From a virus (lineage: Duplodnaviria; Caudoviricetes), in IMG/VR virus record IMGVR_UViG_3300033068_001265, positions 28,517 through 92,516 of that record: a stretch of DNA of 64,000 nt. One strand, given 5' to 3'. Under the pieces are notes generated by a model. It made no database searches. It saw nothing but the letters and a program-made list of their open reading frames with translations, and was not told where the DNA came from. A program made the translations under genes and the position numbers. Positions 27,871-36,435 of the stretch are shown here, piece by piece (position 1 is the first letter of the stretch; the number at the start of each line of letters is the position of its first letter).

Positions 27871-28358
27871 TCAATAATACCATCTGCAATAGCATAATCC
27901 CTAGCCCTGAGGGTATCTATGTAATAAGAAGACACCATATTAGTCGAAGCCAAGTTAGCGAGAATTAGGTCCCGCTCCTTCATGTAAGCATCAAGCAGTC
28001 CCTTGAGGACCTGTGCTGATTGCTGGGTTTCATACTCAACAGGACCAGCTTTAGCTCTGAATACCGTCTTCATCTGCATCAGTTGATTCTTTACAACATC
28101 CATACAGGCATAAAGAACTACTAAATACTGCAACTCGAACGATAAATCGTCCCCGCCAGCATCAATGGGGGTAACCATTCCGTCCTCATCTGAGGTGTAC
28201 CCAGTAATCACCTGATCCAGAGTGGCGTGCCAAAAAGCATTCTTTAGCTTCCCAACCCACTCATCATCAGTGGCGTTAGCATATTGGGAGGCTGATCCGG
28301 GAATGCTAAGCGCCGCCTCAATGTTAGGCACTAAGTCATATAAATCAACAGCCATCAA
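27855..28358 (-). CDS. putative head-tail adaptor
   Basis: helical, KAGPVEYE motif; position after the capsid module. Confidence 0.6.
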   Translation of the reverse strand: MMAVDLYDLVPNIEAALSIPGSASQYANATDDEWVGKLKNAFWHATLDQVITGYTSDEDGMVTPIDAGGDDLSFELQYLVVLYACMDVVKNQLMQMKTVFRAKAGPVEYETQQSAQVLKGLLDAYMKERDLILANLASTNMVSSYYIDTLRARDYAIADGIIDWVAY

Positions 28359-28374
28359 CAGCCTCCCGAATCAA

Positions 28375-28866
28375 TCAACCAGGCGTAACTTTAACAGGCT
28401 CAGTCGGGAAAATTTGCTTTCCCACCTTGGATGGAACAACCTCTTCCAGGCGTGCCGCAGCAGCCTTCACCTGAGCCAGTGTCGCCTTCGTGTCATCCTC
28501 TTCAGAAATGGCAACAATTCGATCCAAGGCAGCTGGATTCACAATCTCACCTAGACGGGTCTTGAACTTGGCAGCGGAAAGATTAAAAAGATCCCGCATA
28601 TCCTGCTCCGACATGTTGTTCGGATTGTTGGCGTGCTCGGCATAATCCTCAGCAGATTCAATCAGCCTCACAGGAATAAGTGATCCGTTCTTAAACACAT
28701 CCACTTCCTCGCTCGTTGCTCGGTCTGAATTGATATGACGTTCTTCGACCGTTACCGAAACCTTGCCATCAGGACGAACCCGCTCTGATCGCAGCTGGTT
28801 GCGTGGATCATAGGTGAGAATCCAGATGGTTGACCGTGTGGCATTTGACCACGTTTCTTTTTCCAT
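28375..28866 (-). CDS. hypothetical head-module protein
   Basis: AGGAG RBS; position after MCP once the IS is removed. Confidence 0.6.
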   Translation of the reverse strand: MEKETWSNATRSTIWILTYDPRNQLRSERVRPDGKVSVTVEERHINSDRATSEEVDVFKNGSLIPVRLIESAEDYAEHANNPNNMSEQDMRDLFNLSAAKFKTRLGEIVNPAALDRIVAISEEDDTKATLAQVKAAAARLEEVVPSKVGKQIFPTEPVKVTPG

Positions 28867-28903
28867 ATCGTGCTCCTAAGCTAACTAAGGAATTAACGTC
28901 AGG

Positions 28904-30173
28904 TTGACTTCCTCCCCCACCTAAATGAGGGATTCCTACGCGGCACGGTCACGCGACCAGATCCGTTCGGCGGGTTCCTGCTTCACAGGGGTCTGCTTCA
29001 CTAAGGCGAAGTCTTACGTCCCCTCCACAGGCGTTTAGAGTCTCCGCTAGCCCAGCGGCGACCACAATGTTCACAGCGGCGTTGTAATCCCGATCCAACC
29101 GGGTGCCGCAACCACTACACGTCCATTCTCGAACCGACAGTGGTTTCTTTCCGTCAAGCGTTCCGCACACAGAACAAACCTGTGAAGTTGGTTCCCACTG
29201 CGAAACGACATAAACCTCTCGACCATACTCGGCCGTTTTCTCATGGACAAGGCGGAACAAAATGCCCCAACCTGCATCGTGAACGGATTTAGCCAAACGG
29301 GTGCGAGCCAGTCCTTTCACGTTCAGTCCCTCAATCGCTACCGCTTGGTTCTCACGGACAAGACGAAGGGCGAGCTTATGATGATGGTCGAGGCGGGCCT
29401 CCCGGACTTTCCGGTGGTGCGTAGCTACCCGTTTGCGCGCCTTGGCTCGGTTTTTTGATCCTTTCTGTTTGCGTGACAGGTCACGTTGTGCTCGGGCGAG
29501 GCGGCGTTCCGCTTTGCGGAAATGGCGAGCGTTTTCGATACGTTCACGGGTGCCGTCAGAACGAACAATGCAAGCCAGGTGGGTCAGCCCCACATCTACA
29601 CCGACAACCGTGTTTGCTGGCGGCGGCTCAACCGGGGCGACTTCCACTACGAACGACACGTAGTAACGCCCATCCGGTTCCTGTATTAGTGTCACACTCG
29701 ACGGTTCTGACGGTAACGGCCGCGACAAATTGAATCGGACGCGACCAATCTTGGACAACGCTACGTGGCCGACCCCGTGAGTTGTTTCAATTACCCTAAA
29801 AGCGTTGCGGGTGAACCGCGCTGACTGACGGTTCGATCGACGCCGGAGTCGTGGTGGACGTATCTTAGGACCTTTGCGTTTCCCGGTTAAAGAATCGAAG
29901 AAGTTTCGGTAGCCCTTGTTGAGGTCGGCTAGCGCCTGTTGAAGCGGTACAGCAGACACGTCAGCCAGCCACGCCCGTTCCGGTGTTCGCTTCGATTCGG
30001 TCAGCATGGCGGATAGTTCACCCCGGTTTGGGACCTTTTCTCCGTCACGTCGTGCGGTTTCGCGTGCCATCAATGCATCATTGAACACTACGCGACAACA
30101 TCCAAACAGGCGGGCTATCGGGTCTATTTGCCCTTTTGTTGGATAAGCCCTGTATCGGTACCGCTTCAACATT
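28904..30173 (-). mobile_element. IS200/IS605-family tnpB-only element (IS1341-like)
   Basis: tnpB followed by right end ...GGAATCCCTCATTTAGGTGGGGGAGGAAGTCAA ending at 28904; higher GC than the flanks; no tnpA; left boundary uncertain. Confidence 0.88.
28949..30172 (-). CDS. tnpB: RNA-guided endonuclease TnpB
   Basis: RYRAYPT HTH, RuvC GVDVG / IEGL / RDYNAA, Zn finger CSVC..CSGC; catalytic triad intact. Confidence 0.96.
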   Translation of the reverse strand: MLKRYRYRAYPTKGQIDPIARLFGCCRVVFNDALMARETARRDGEKVPNRGELSAMLTESKRTPERAWLADVSAVPLQQALADLNKGYRNFFDSLTGKRKGPKIRPPRLRRRSNRQSARFTRNAFRVIETTHGVGHVALSKIGRVRFNLSRPLPSEPSSVTLIQEPDGRYYVSFVVEVAPVEPPPANTVVGVDVGLTHLACIVRSDGTRERIENARHFRKAERRLARAQRDLSRKQKGSKNRAKARKRVATHHRKVREARLDHHHKLALRLVRENQAVAIEGLNVKGLARTRLAKSVHDAGWGILFRLVHEKTAEYGREVYVVSQWEPTSQVCSVCGTLDGKKPLSVREWTCSGCGTRLDRDYNAAVNIVVAAGLAETLNACGGDVRLRLSEADPCEAGTRRTDLVA

Positions 30174-30319
30174 TACGCCGATAGTGGTATAGATGTCATG
30201 GTTGATGAACCCCCATCAGGGTCACATGGAGTACGGCTGGCGGGGCACTCTCGCCAAAGATCGTAATGAGATTCTTACGCATAGCAACAACTCTACTTGA
30301 CGCCCCCCGTCCCAAAACC

Positions 30320-30348
30320 TATGGAAGCCGCCCGAAGGCGGCTTCCAT
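30320..30348 (-). terminator. hairpin terminator after the major capsid gene
   Basis: ATGGAAGCCGCC-TTCG-GGCGGCTTCCAT followed by AGGTTTT. Confidence 0.85.
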
Positions 30349-30371
30349 GAGGCAACGCTGATTTAGAGAAA

Positions 30372-31337
30372 TCAGGCAGCGATAGAAGTATCGACCACAC
30401 GAGCCAAACGAGACGAATCCCGCACAACCATGCCGACTTCACGCCGAACTCGGTAGTGCCAGAAGTCATTTTCTTGCTCGATCCAGTCAGCGCTTTTCAA
30501 TCCACCCCAGAAAACTGTAGTGGAAGAATCAGGTGCAACCACGAACAGTTCATTCGCAGGGAAGAACGCATCATTGTTCTCGTCCTTGTAGTTCTTGAGA
30601 GCAACGATGTTTGCACCCAGGAACGAACCGAGAACGCCACGCCGAACCATGTCTTCATTGGTTTCGGGGATGAACCCTGAACCGTTGTAAGAGGTGCCCA
30701 TCAGGTCATGCATGATCTGACGAGTCATGGTGGGGCGACCAACGATTGCGATTTGACCCGAATCGGACGCATCCTCAACAGCAGCGATCGCATCAGAGAC
30801 CGTTGCAATTGAAACGCCAGAACCCGAGTGGTAGTTCGGGTGACCCGAACCAACCGCAGCCTGAAGGACGGTCAGGAACCGCTGATTGATGGCAGCATCC
30901 ATGCGCTGAATGCCGAGGTCGATGAGGGTAGACGCAGTCTCACCGAAGTTTGCTTCCAGCTTATCCAGGAACTCATAAACATGGAACCCGAGAATGTCAC
31001 CCTCGATCTCAGCAGTCTCACGATGAACGGTCGATGCTTCGATGTAACCACCGCGTGCAAGCCAGAATGCCTTTAGACCACGCACCTCAGACCATGTGAC
31101 CCGCTCACCCATCGCAGCATTGACTACGTTAGAGAACAGCGAAATGATGTTCTCGTGAGTGAATCCCTTGTAAACCGTGTTGCTCATCTCCTGAGCACGG
31201 TCATGTAGCCACTGATCGTTGTCGATGTTGAGTCGAGCTTCCTCGTTCAGTGCCTGAAGTTTACGCCCCAGAGCCTCCTTCTCTTCAGAGGTTGCGGAGC
31301 TATTACCATGAATAGTGTAACGAGACATATCAGACAC
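30372..31337 (-). CDS. major capsid protein
   Basis: AGGAGG RBS; 321 aa; GVLGSFLGANIV (HK97-fold pattern); followed by a terminator. Confidence 0.85.
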   Translation of the reverse strand: MSDMSRYTIHGNSSATSEEKEALGRKLQALNEEARLNIDNDQWLHDRAQEMSNTVYKGFTHENIISLFSNVVNAAMGERVTWSEVRGLKAFWLARGGYIEASTVHRETAEIEGDILGFHVYEFLDKLEANFGETASTLIDLGIQRMDAAINQRFLTVLQAAVGSGHPNYHSGSGVSIATVSDAIAAVEDASDSGQIAIVGRPTMTRQIMHDLMGTSYNGSGFIPETNEDMVRRGVLGSFLGANIVALKNYKDENNDAFFPANELFVVAPDSSTTVFWGGLKSADWIEQENDFWHYRVRREVGMVVRDSSRLARVVDTSIAA

Positions 31338-31341
31338 CTCC

Positions 31342-31914
31342 TCAGAAGTTCAGACGGGCTTCAACCTCGCCCGTATCGTTGTTGACGGATGTAACAATCA
31401 GCCATGCTTCAGAGGCTGTTGAAGTCTCAGCCCAATAACCAGCAGAATCACTGCCAGTGCCGGGGGTTAGCATGTCTCCAGCGGCAACCGTAGGGGTTGC
31501 CTGACCAATCCCCGCCACCATCTTACGAGTTGCGGGATAGTCACTGCGGAAGAGGAATGTATCTTCGGTGGTGTTCTTGAGGACTACCTTGACATCTTCA
31601 CCACTGATAAGCTGGCAAGCCTTAGCTGCCGGTGCGGTGTCAACATCTGAGTAGGTGTTCTGGACGGGATCTAGCCCATTGACGTTCAGGTGCTCATAAA
31701 CAACAATGCCACCCTTGCCAGGCAAAGGCTTATCCTGAGCGCCGGTAGCTAGCTGAAGACCCTGACGACCTAGACCGTCATTGCCTCCCGAGAGAACGAC
31801 GGGTGCCCCGATTGGAATAGCAGTCGCACCAGCGTTGTAGTAACGCGCCTGACGCTGCCCACCCTTCGGAGTAACCCGAAAATCAAAGTTACGACCATAT
31901 GAGGACATATTCAA
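31342..31914 (-). CDS. capsid decoration/auxiliary head protein
   Basis: Gly/Ala/Thr-rich beta protein between scaffold and MCP. Confidence 0.65.
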   Translation of the reverse strand: MNMSSYGRNFDFRVTPKGGQRQARYYNAGATAIPIGAPVVLSGGNDGLGRQGLQLATGAQDKPLPGKGGIVVYEHLNVNGLDPVQNTYSDVDTAPAAKACQLISGEDVKVVLKNTTEDTFLFRSDYPATRKMVAGIGQATPTVAAGDMLTPGTGSDSAGYWAETSTASEAWLIVTSVNNDTGEVEARLNF

Positions 31915-31929
31915 CCCTCCTTTCTAAAA

Positions 31930-32646
31930 TCAGATGTGGATTTCACGGATATTGATGCCACGATTGCGGGCGTCAAAAACGTCCGATGCAACCGAAACAT
32001 TCGAACGCTCGGAACGAACGTTCTCGACAGCAGTCTCAGCGACCTTCTCAACCTCATCCTCGGTCGAAACCTCGGTCTCAGAAGCGGTTGCCGCAGGGAC
32101 GATTGCTCGAAGATCGTCTAGGAAAGAATCGAAGTCCTCATCGGACATCGCAACCCAACGATCGATCTTCTCATCGATCTTTTCGTCACTAAAGGACGCA
32201 GCATCCTTCACAGCATCACGCCGAGAGGCCTTCAGGCCCTCAAGACGCTCAGCCTCAAGACGTGCAGCCTCAAGCTCATCGAAATAACTCAAGGTGTCTG
32301 CAAGAGCCTTCTCCGCAGCAGCTACCTTGGCATCTGCGATATCAAGAGCACTCTGCATCTCAGCAATCTGACCATCAAGTTCAGCCTTCTCTGACTCGGT
32401 GGTCAGTTCATCAAGCTTCCCCTGAAGTTCAGCTACCTTGAGATTGGCAGCTTCCTGAATGGGAGTAACAGCCTCTTTGACAGCAGCAGTAAATTCATCT
32501 TCAGTATAGGTCTTCATGTCACCCCCTTCGGGATTTGTTTGAACGGTAACGGTTCCACTACAGAAGCTGCAATTAGCTTCATCATGGGCGACATCATCAG
32601 GTTTGATAGCCATTAGCTGGTCATGCTGCTCTTTGAGAGTAGTCAT
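31930..32646 (-). CDS. capsid scaffolding protein
   Basis: acidic Ala/Glu coiled coil; possible internal start MKTYTE after GGGGGTG. Confidence 0.75.
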   Translation of the reverse strand: MTTLKEQHDQLMAIKPDDVAHDEANCSFCSGTVTVQTNPEGGDMKTYTEDEFTAAVKEAVTPIQEAANLKVAELQGKLDELTTESEKAELDGQIAEMQSALDIADAKVAAAEKALADTLSYFDELEAARLEAERLEGLKASRRDAVKDAASFSDEKIDEKIDRWVAMSDEDFDSFLDDLRAIVPAATASETEVSTEDEVEKVAETAVENVRSERSNVSVASDVFDARNRGINIREIHI

Positions 32647-32716
32647 ACAAACACCTTTCAGACGCCTGCCAAATTAACGACACCACCTGTTAAAATTGTA
32701 GATTTCTGTCTTGGGC

Positions 32717-33562
32717 TTATTCCCAAGAAGTCGCTAGAAACTGATTAGCTACATACATAGAAATTAAGCTGGGTGGGGTCCGGTACTCTTCTTGCTCTTT
32801 TGCCGTAGCTAATTGATCCGCTAAAGCATCAAACTGTAAGGCCCACATAACAGTTTCCCATTGAGCGGGACTCTGATGGGGGGCCTCAATAGCGATAGAA
32901 GCAAGTAGTTCCTCTTTTTGTTCATCAGTGGTCAACTTGGACATATCTTTGATTTCAGCATTAGACCATCCAGGTCTATCGGGGGGAATAATCAACCCCG
33001 CCCCCAGAAAGTGTGGATTATCCATCTGTCGATAAGTTTGATGCTGTTGAATGTGCTGACAGTAGCTGTCGCTCATTGGTCCCTGGTACTGGAAACTTTC
33101 CCCACAGGAGCCCTCGCCAACACAAGTAATTGTATCTGAGATTGCTTCCATTGATTCCCAGAGGTTACCTGCTTTGTAGGCTGTTTCAATTTGCTCTAAC
33201 TCGTTTGGGAAATAGTATTTCCAAAAGGCTCCGACAGTCTCCACATATGGATTCCCCTCATCAGAGGGATAAATCATTTCAGAGGCTACAACTGTTCCAA
33301 CTACGTCATGTTGGCGATGACCCATATTCATAGGAGTATGGTGTACAGTATCGTGCTTTAGTTGGAGATCCTTGAGGGTCCAGTATTGACCGTTTCTATT
33401 GGCGTTGTCAGCTTCAACGTAGCGACCAATAACCCACTTAATGAACTTATTGGTCTTGATGTGCTTACCAGCCCAATCTGAAGCAACGTCACGATCATCA
33501 TCAACTAGTCGAGCTAGACTCGAAATGAACACAGCATCATCTGACTCAACCACAATTGACAT
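32717..33562 (-). CDS. putative prohead maturation protease
   Basis: NANRNG, PMNMGH, WESME motifs; between portal and scaffold. Confidence 0.65.
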   Translation of the reverse strand: MSIVVESDDAVFISSLARLVDDDRDVASDWAGKHIKTNKFIKWVIGRYVEADNANRNGQYWTLKDLQLKHDTVHHTPMNMGHRQHDVVGTVVASEMIYPSDEGNPYVETVGAFWKYYFPNELEQIETAYKAGNLWESMEAISDTITCVGEGSCGESFQYQGPMSDSYCQHIQQHQTYRQMDNPHFLGAGLIIPPDRPGWSNAEIKDMSKLTTDEQKEELLASIAIEAPHQSPAQWETVMWALQFDALADQLATAKEQEEYRTPPSLISMYVANQFLATSWE

Positions 33563-33591
33563 AATTGGACCTCCGAGAAATTAACGACTCA

Positions 33592-34155
33592 CTAACCCCA
33601 TTGATCAGCCATGGCATTTGCAATACCCATGTATGTGATAGACCTGAGCTTGGCTCTGTCTGGAGAAGGCCCCAGCTTGTTCTGTCCGGATGGGGTCTGG
33701 TTTGCGTACACTTTCTTCTGGATCACATCAGTTGAAACCAGTTTTGGTAAGTTCTTCAGCCACAAGCAGGTTTTCTTGGATGCGTCCTCACCGAATTGCC
33801 AAGGTTGAATGATTTGATCAGGTTTCCTGATCCGTGATGAAATGACTCCTACAGGGTTCTCTAAGGCTATTTTGGGTATTTCTGCGGTTAACAGCAGCGC
33901 CACGAACTCAAGGGCCTCTTGCTGCTCTATCTCTCTGTCCTTAAACCACCTAGCGCCAGAAACAGCCAAGAAGGTGCAGGGGGGATGGGCTATCATCAGG
34001 TCCCATCCGTCACCGAGAATATCCCTAACATCACCTTGGTAATGAGGGCCGGGTCTATCTGAATCCAAGAAATCGCAAGAAAGAGCGTCGTGTCCTCTTT
34101 CTATGAAGGCGTCCCTAACAACCCCACTGAACTCGCAAGCAACTAGAACCTTCAT
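33592..34155 (-). CDS. short DNA cytosine-C5 methyltransferase
   Basis: VLVACEFSG (motif I variant), AHPPC (catalytic), ENPV. Confidence 0.85.
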   Translation of the reverse strand: MKVLVACEFSGVVRDAFIERGHDALSCDFLDSDRPGPHYQGDVRDILGDGWDLMIAHPPCTFLAVSGARWFKDREIEQQEALEFVALLLTAEIPKIALENPVGVISSRIRKPDQIIQPWQFGEDASKKTCLWLKNLPKLVSTDVIQKKVYANQTPSGQNKLGPSPDRAKLRSITYMGIANAMADQWG

Positions 34156-35867
34156 TTTTCCCTAGGGGTCTTATCATCTCCCCGAGGTGGATTGGTACGC
34201 TGGGATTCCCTATTCATTCCCCCACCATTCTTTCGACCACCACCACGACGGCCAGCTACACGCTGAGATGTGGGAGCAGGACCGGAGGGGGCATTATCAG
34301 GGGAACCTTCACCCATTTGCTTCTCATCCAAAGACCGCTGTTCGGCTTCAATCTGCTCAGCTTGGAAAATCTCGTTGTAGAACTCATTCTCCCGCTGTAC
34401 TTTCACAGCCTCATCTGCTTCCAGAATGTCCAACTCAGCCAGCATCGTGTCCCTGGAAAGATCCCTGGCGTCTCTTAGATCCATCATGAATGTGGCGATG
34501 TTCGGATCGAAAGCAAGGGCAATCCGCCGTGGGTAGAACTGAAGTTTGGGTTCCTCGGTGAACACATCATTTTTATCGAAAATCTGCTTAAGAATATGTT
34601 TCGCAATGCTGTCTCGAATGGTGTCTCTGCGGGCCTCCATCGAAGCTGAAATAACTTGAAATAACTTAATAGAGTTGTCTGCTGCCGTCCCACTCGAATA
34701 ATTTCCGGAGGCCAAGATTTGGTACAACCTTGATGTAATACGAGAATCAAGAGCGTTATAACGTTCAGCAGCAAGAGTCTTATCTGTCTTAGGCGTAATA
34801 ATTTCCACCTCGACAGTATGGTCTGTTACCAAAATGGGCTGACGGGCAGTGCCACCCACTTGGGTGGCTAACCTCTGAAGGTCGGATTGCTTTGCTGGGT
34901 GATCATCAGAACCACGCTTGACCAAGATGATGGCGTTAGTGCTCCCGATCAGACTGGCTCGATCCATCTGGCGGAGTTGATTCTTCAAATCTAGTAACTC
35001 AAAAACGGATTCCATCCGAACGTCAGCAAATCGCTGATAATCCGGTCTTGTAGCTGTAATGCGCCACACATTGTCAGGGTCAAGTTCAAACGCGTTTACA
35101 CCCATCAAAACTGACTCACCAGTTATTTCTTGGATGAGTTCCTTTTCTGAAGGGCTCAAATCATATCGGCCCTTGAATAGGGTTTTAACAACCAGATCGG
35201 ATGAGTTCTTGTTCGCAAGGGATTCATCTAGATTTTTAGCTTCCCCTGGCCCAGCCAGGTAAATTAACTTCTCGTCCCCAAACATGAAGGACCCAACGGG
35301 AATGACCTTACAAGGGTCTAATAGTGTAATCCCACGCGGAACCTTGATGGTGAACTTCTTCTTGGATTTGGTCCCGTTGGGGGTCTTCCCACGAACTGTG
35401 TAAGTCTTGTTCTGCCACAAAATAGCTGGGTAGCACTGTGAGATTGTGAACAGTTCACGCCAAATTTCCCTCATCCGCTGAGCGATATCCATCTCTTCAA
35501 CGATCTGGTTCCAAATGTCCTCCTGTTGAAGATCATCGCACTCAACGGCCAATCGCTTAAATGCAAGCTGTTCGGTTGTTTCACAAACCCCAGCTACGAC
35601 ATCATCAACTCGGGCGGCGTCTGCTGCTGTGCGGAACTTGTCAAAAATCAACTCTGGGGTGGCGAACCGATCCCGGTCGAACAATGTTCCCTGTTTGCGT
35701 TGCCGATAACTCCCACCAGAATTAGACGAAACCCAGCGAGAAATGGCAGCAATCTCTGGTGCTCGAATCTGTTCCCGAATTGCAGGAATAACATCTGAAT
35801 CAGGTAGTCCCGACTCATTGATGACAACCACTTCACCAGTCGCAGTATCGTATTCTTCGATCTCCAT
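34152..35867 (-). CDS. portal protein
   Basis: 571 aa helical protein downstream of TerL with a disordered C-terminus. Confidence 0.8.
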   Translation of the reverse strand: MEIEEYDTATGEVVVINESGLPDSDVIPAIREQIRAPEIAAISRWVSSNSGGSYRQRKQGTLFDRDRFATPELIFDKFRTAADAARVDDVVAGVCETTEQLAFKRLAVECDDLQQEDIWNQIVEEMDIAQRMREIWRELFTISQCYPAILWQNKTYTVRGKTPNGTKSKKKFTIKVPRGITLLDPCKVIPVGSFMFGDEKLIYLAGPGEAKNLDESLANKNSSDLVVKTLFKGRYDLSPSEKELIQEITGESVLMGVNAFELDPDNVWRITATRPDYQRFADVRMESVFELLDLKNQLRQMDRASLIGSTNAIILVKRGSDDHPAKQSDLQRLATQVGGTARQPILVTDHTVEVEIITPKTDKTLAAERYNALDSRITSRLYQILASGNYSSGTAADNSIKLFQVISASMEARRDTIRDSIAKHILKQIFDKNDVFTEEPKLQFYPRRIALAFDPNIATFMMDLRDARDLSRDTMLAELDILEADEAVKVQRENEFYNEIFQAEQIEAEQRSLDEKQMGEGSPDNAPSGPAPTSQRVAGRRGGGRKNGGGMNRESQRTNPPRGDDKTPREK

Positions 35868-35868
35868 G

Positions 35869-36162
35869 TTAGCTCCTTGACATCTCCCATTCTTGGGTGC
35901 CGATAGCAGCTACTCTGGACCAGACCTTGAATTGAAACTCTGCTTCACGCAGGAAGGGGTCAACCTCTTCTAGCCTAAAAGCCGAAGCTTCCTTATTGTT
36001 GGACCGAATAGTGATATTGCGCATATATGAGGCTCTAGCACTGAAAGCGGAAAGCTTTCTCAGAATTTCTAACGGCTGATCCATCTCCCGGAAACCATAC
36101 ATTTCCTCCAAGTAACCTATAATTTCCGTGCGCCATTCATAAATAATCGATTGAGAACCCAA
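35869..36162 (-). CDS. hypothetical helical protein
   Basis: AGAGGTG RBS; directly upstream of the portal. Confidence 0.6.
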   Translation of the reverse strand: MGSQSIIYEWRTEIIGYLEEMYGFREMDQPLEILRKLSAFSARASYMRNITIRSNNKEASAFRLEEVDPFLREAEFQFKVWSRVAAIGTQEWEMSRS

Positions 36163-36434
36163 CGTTCAGCACCTCTTACATCTCTAACTACCCCAATATG
36201 GTGAAGTTCCATTGCTAAAGCAAGACACTCATAGTAGTTCAATGGGCCAAGATCAATAACTATAGGACCCTTTCTCAGCGTAGTATTGAATAAATCTGAT
36301 GACCCCTCCACATAGGACAATTCGACCCGAGAAATAAAACAGCACCATGAACACATATACAGCTGCACATGATGCCGCTGTATTGGATATGCGTTGCTTG
36401 ACCCACAGAAAAAACAGTCTATGTAGGGAACCAC
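36117..36434 (-). CDS. hypothetical Zn-binding protein
   Basis: CFFC...CSWC; GTG start just after the TerL stop. Confidence 0.45.
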   Translation of the reverse strand: MVPYIDCFFCGSSNAYPIQRHHVQLYMCSWCCFISRVELSYVEGSSDLFNTTLRKGPIVIDLGPLNYYECLALAMELHHIGVVRDVRGAERWVLNRLFMNGARKL

Positions 36435-36435
36435 C

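Noticed and set aside
28949-30172. Nuclease-dead TnpB (TldR) or Cas12f
   Set aside because: The D/E/D catalytic residues are intact, the IS right end is present and there is no array.
30297-30315. Second IS right end (GGGACGGGGGGCGTCAA, minus strand)
   Set aside because: It resembles the ..GTCAA end but lacks the upstream stem; too short to support.
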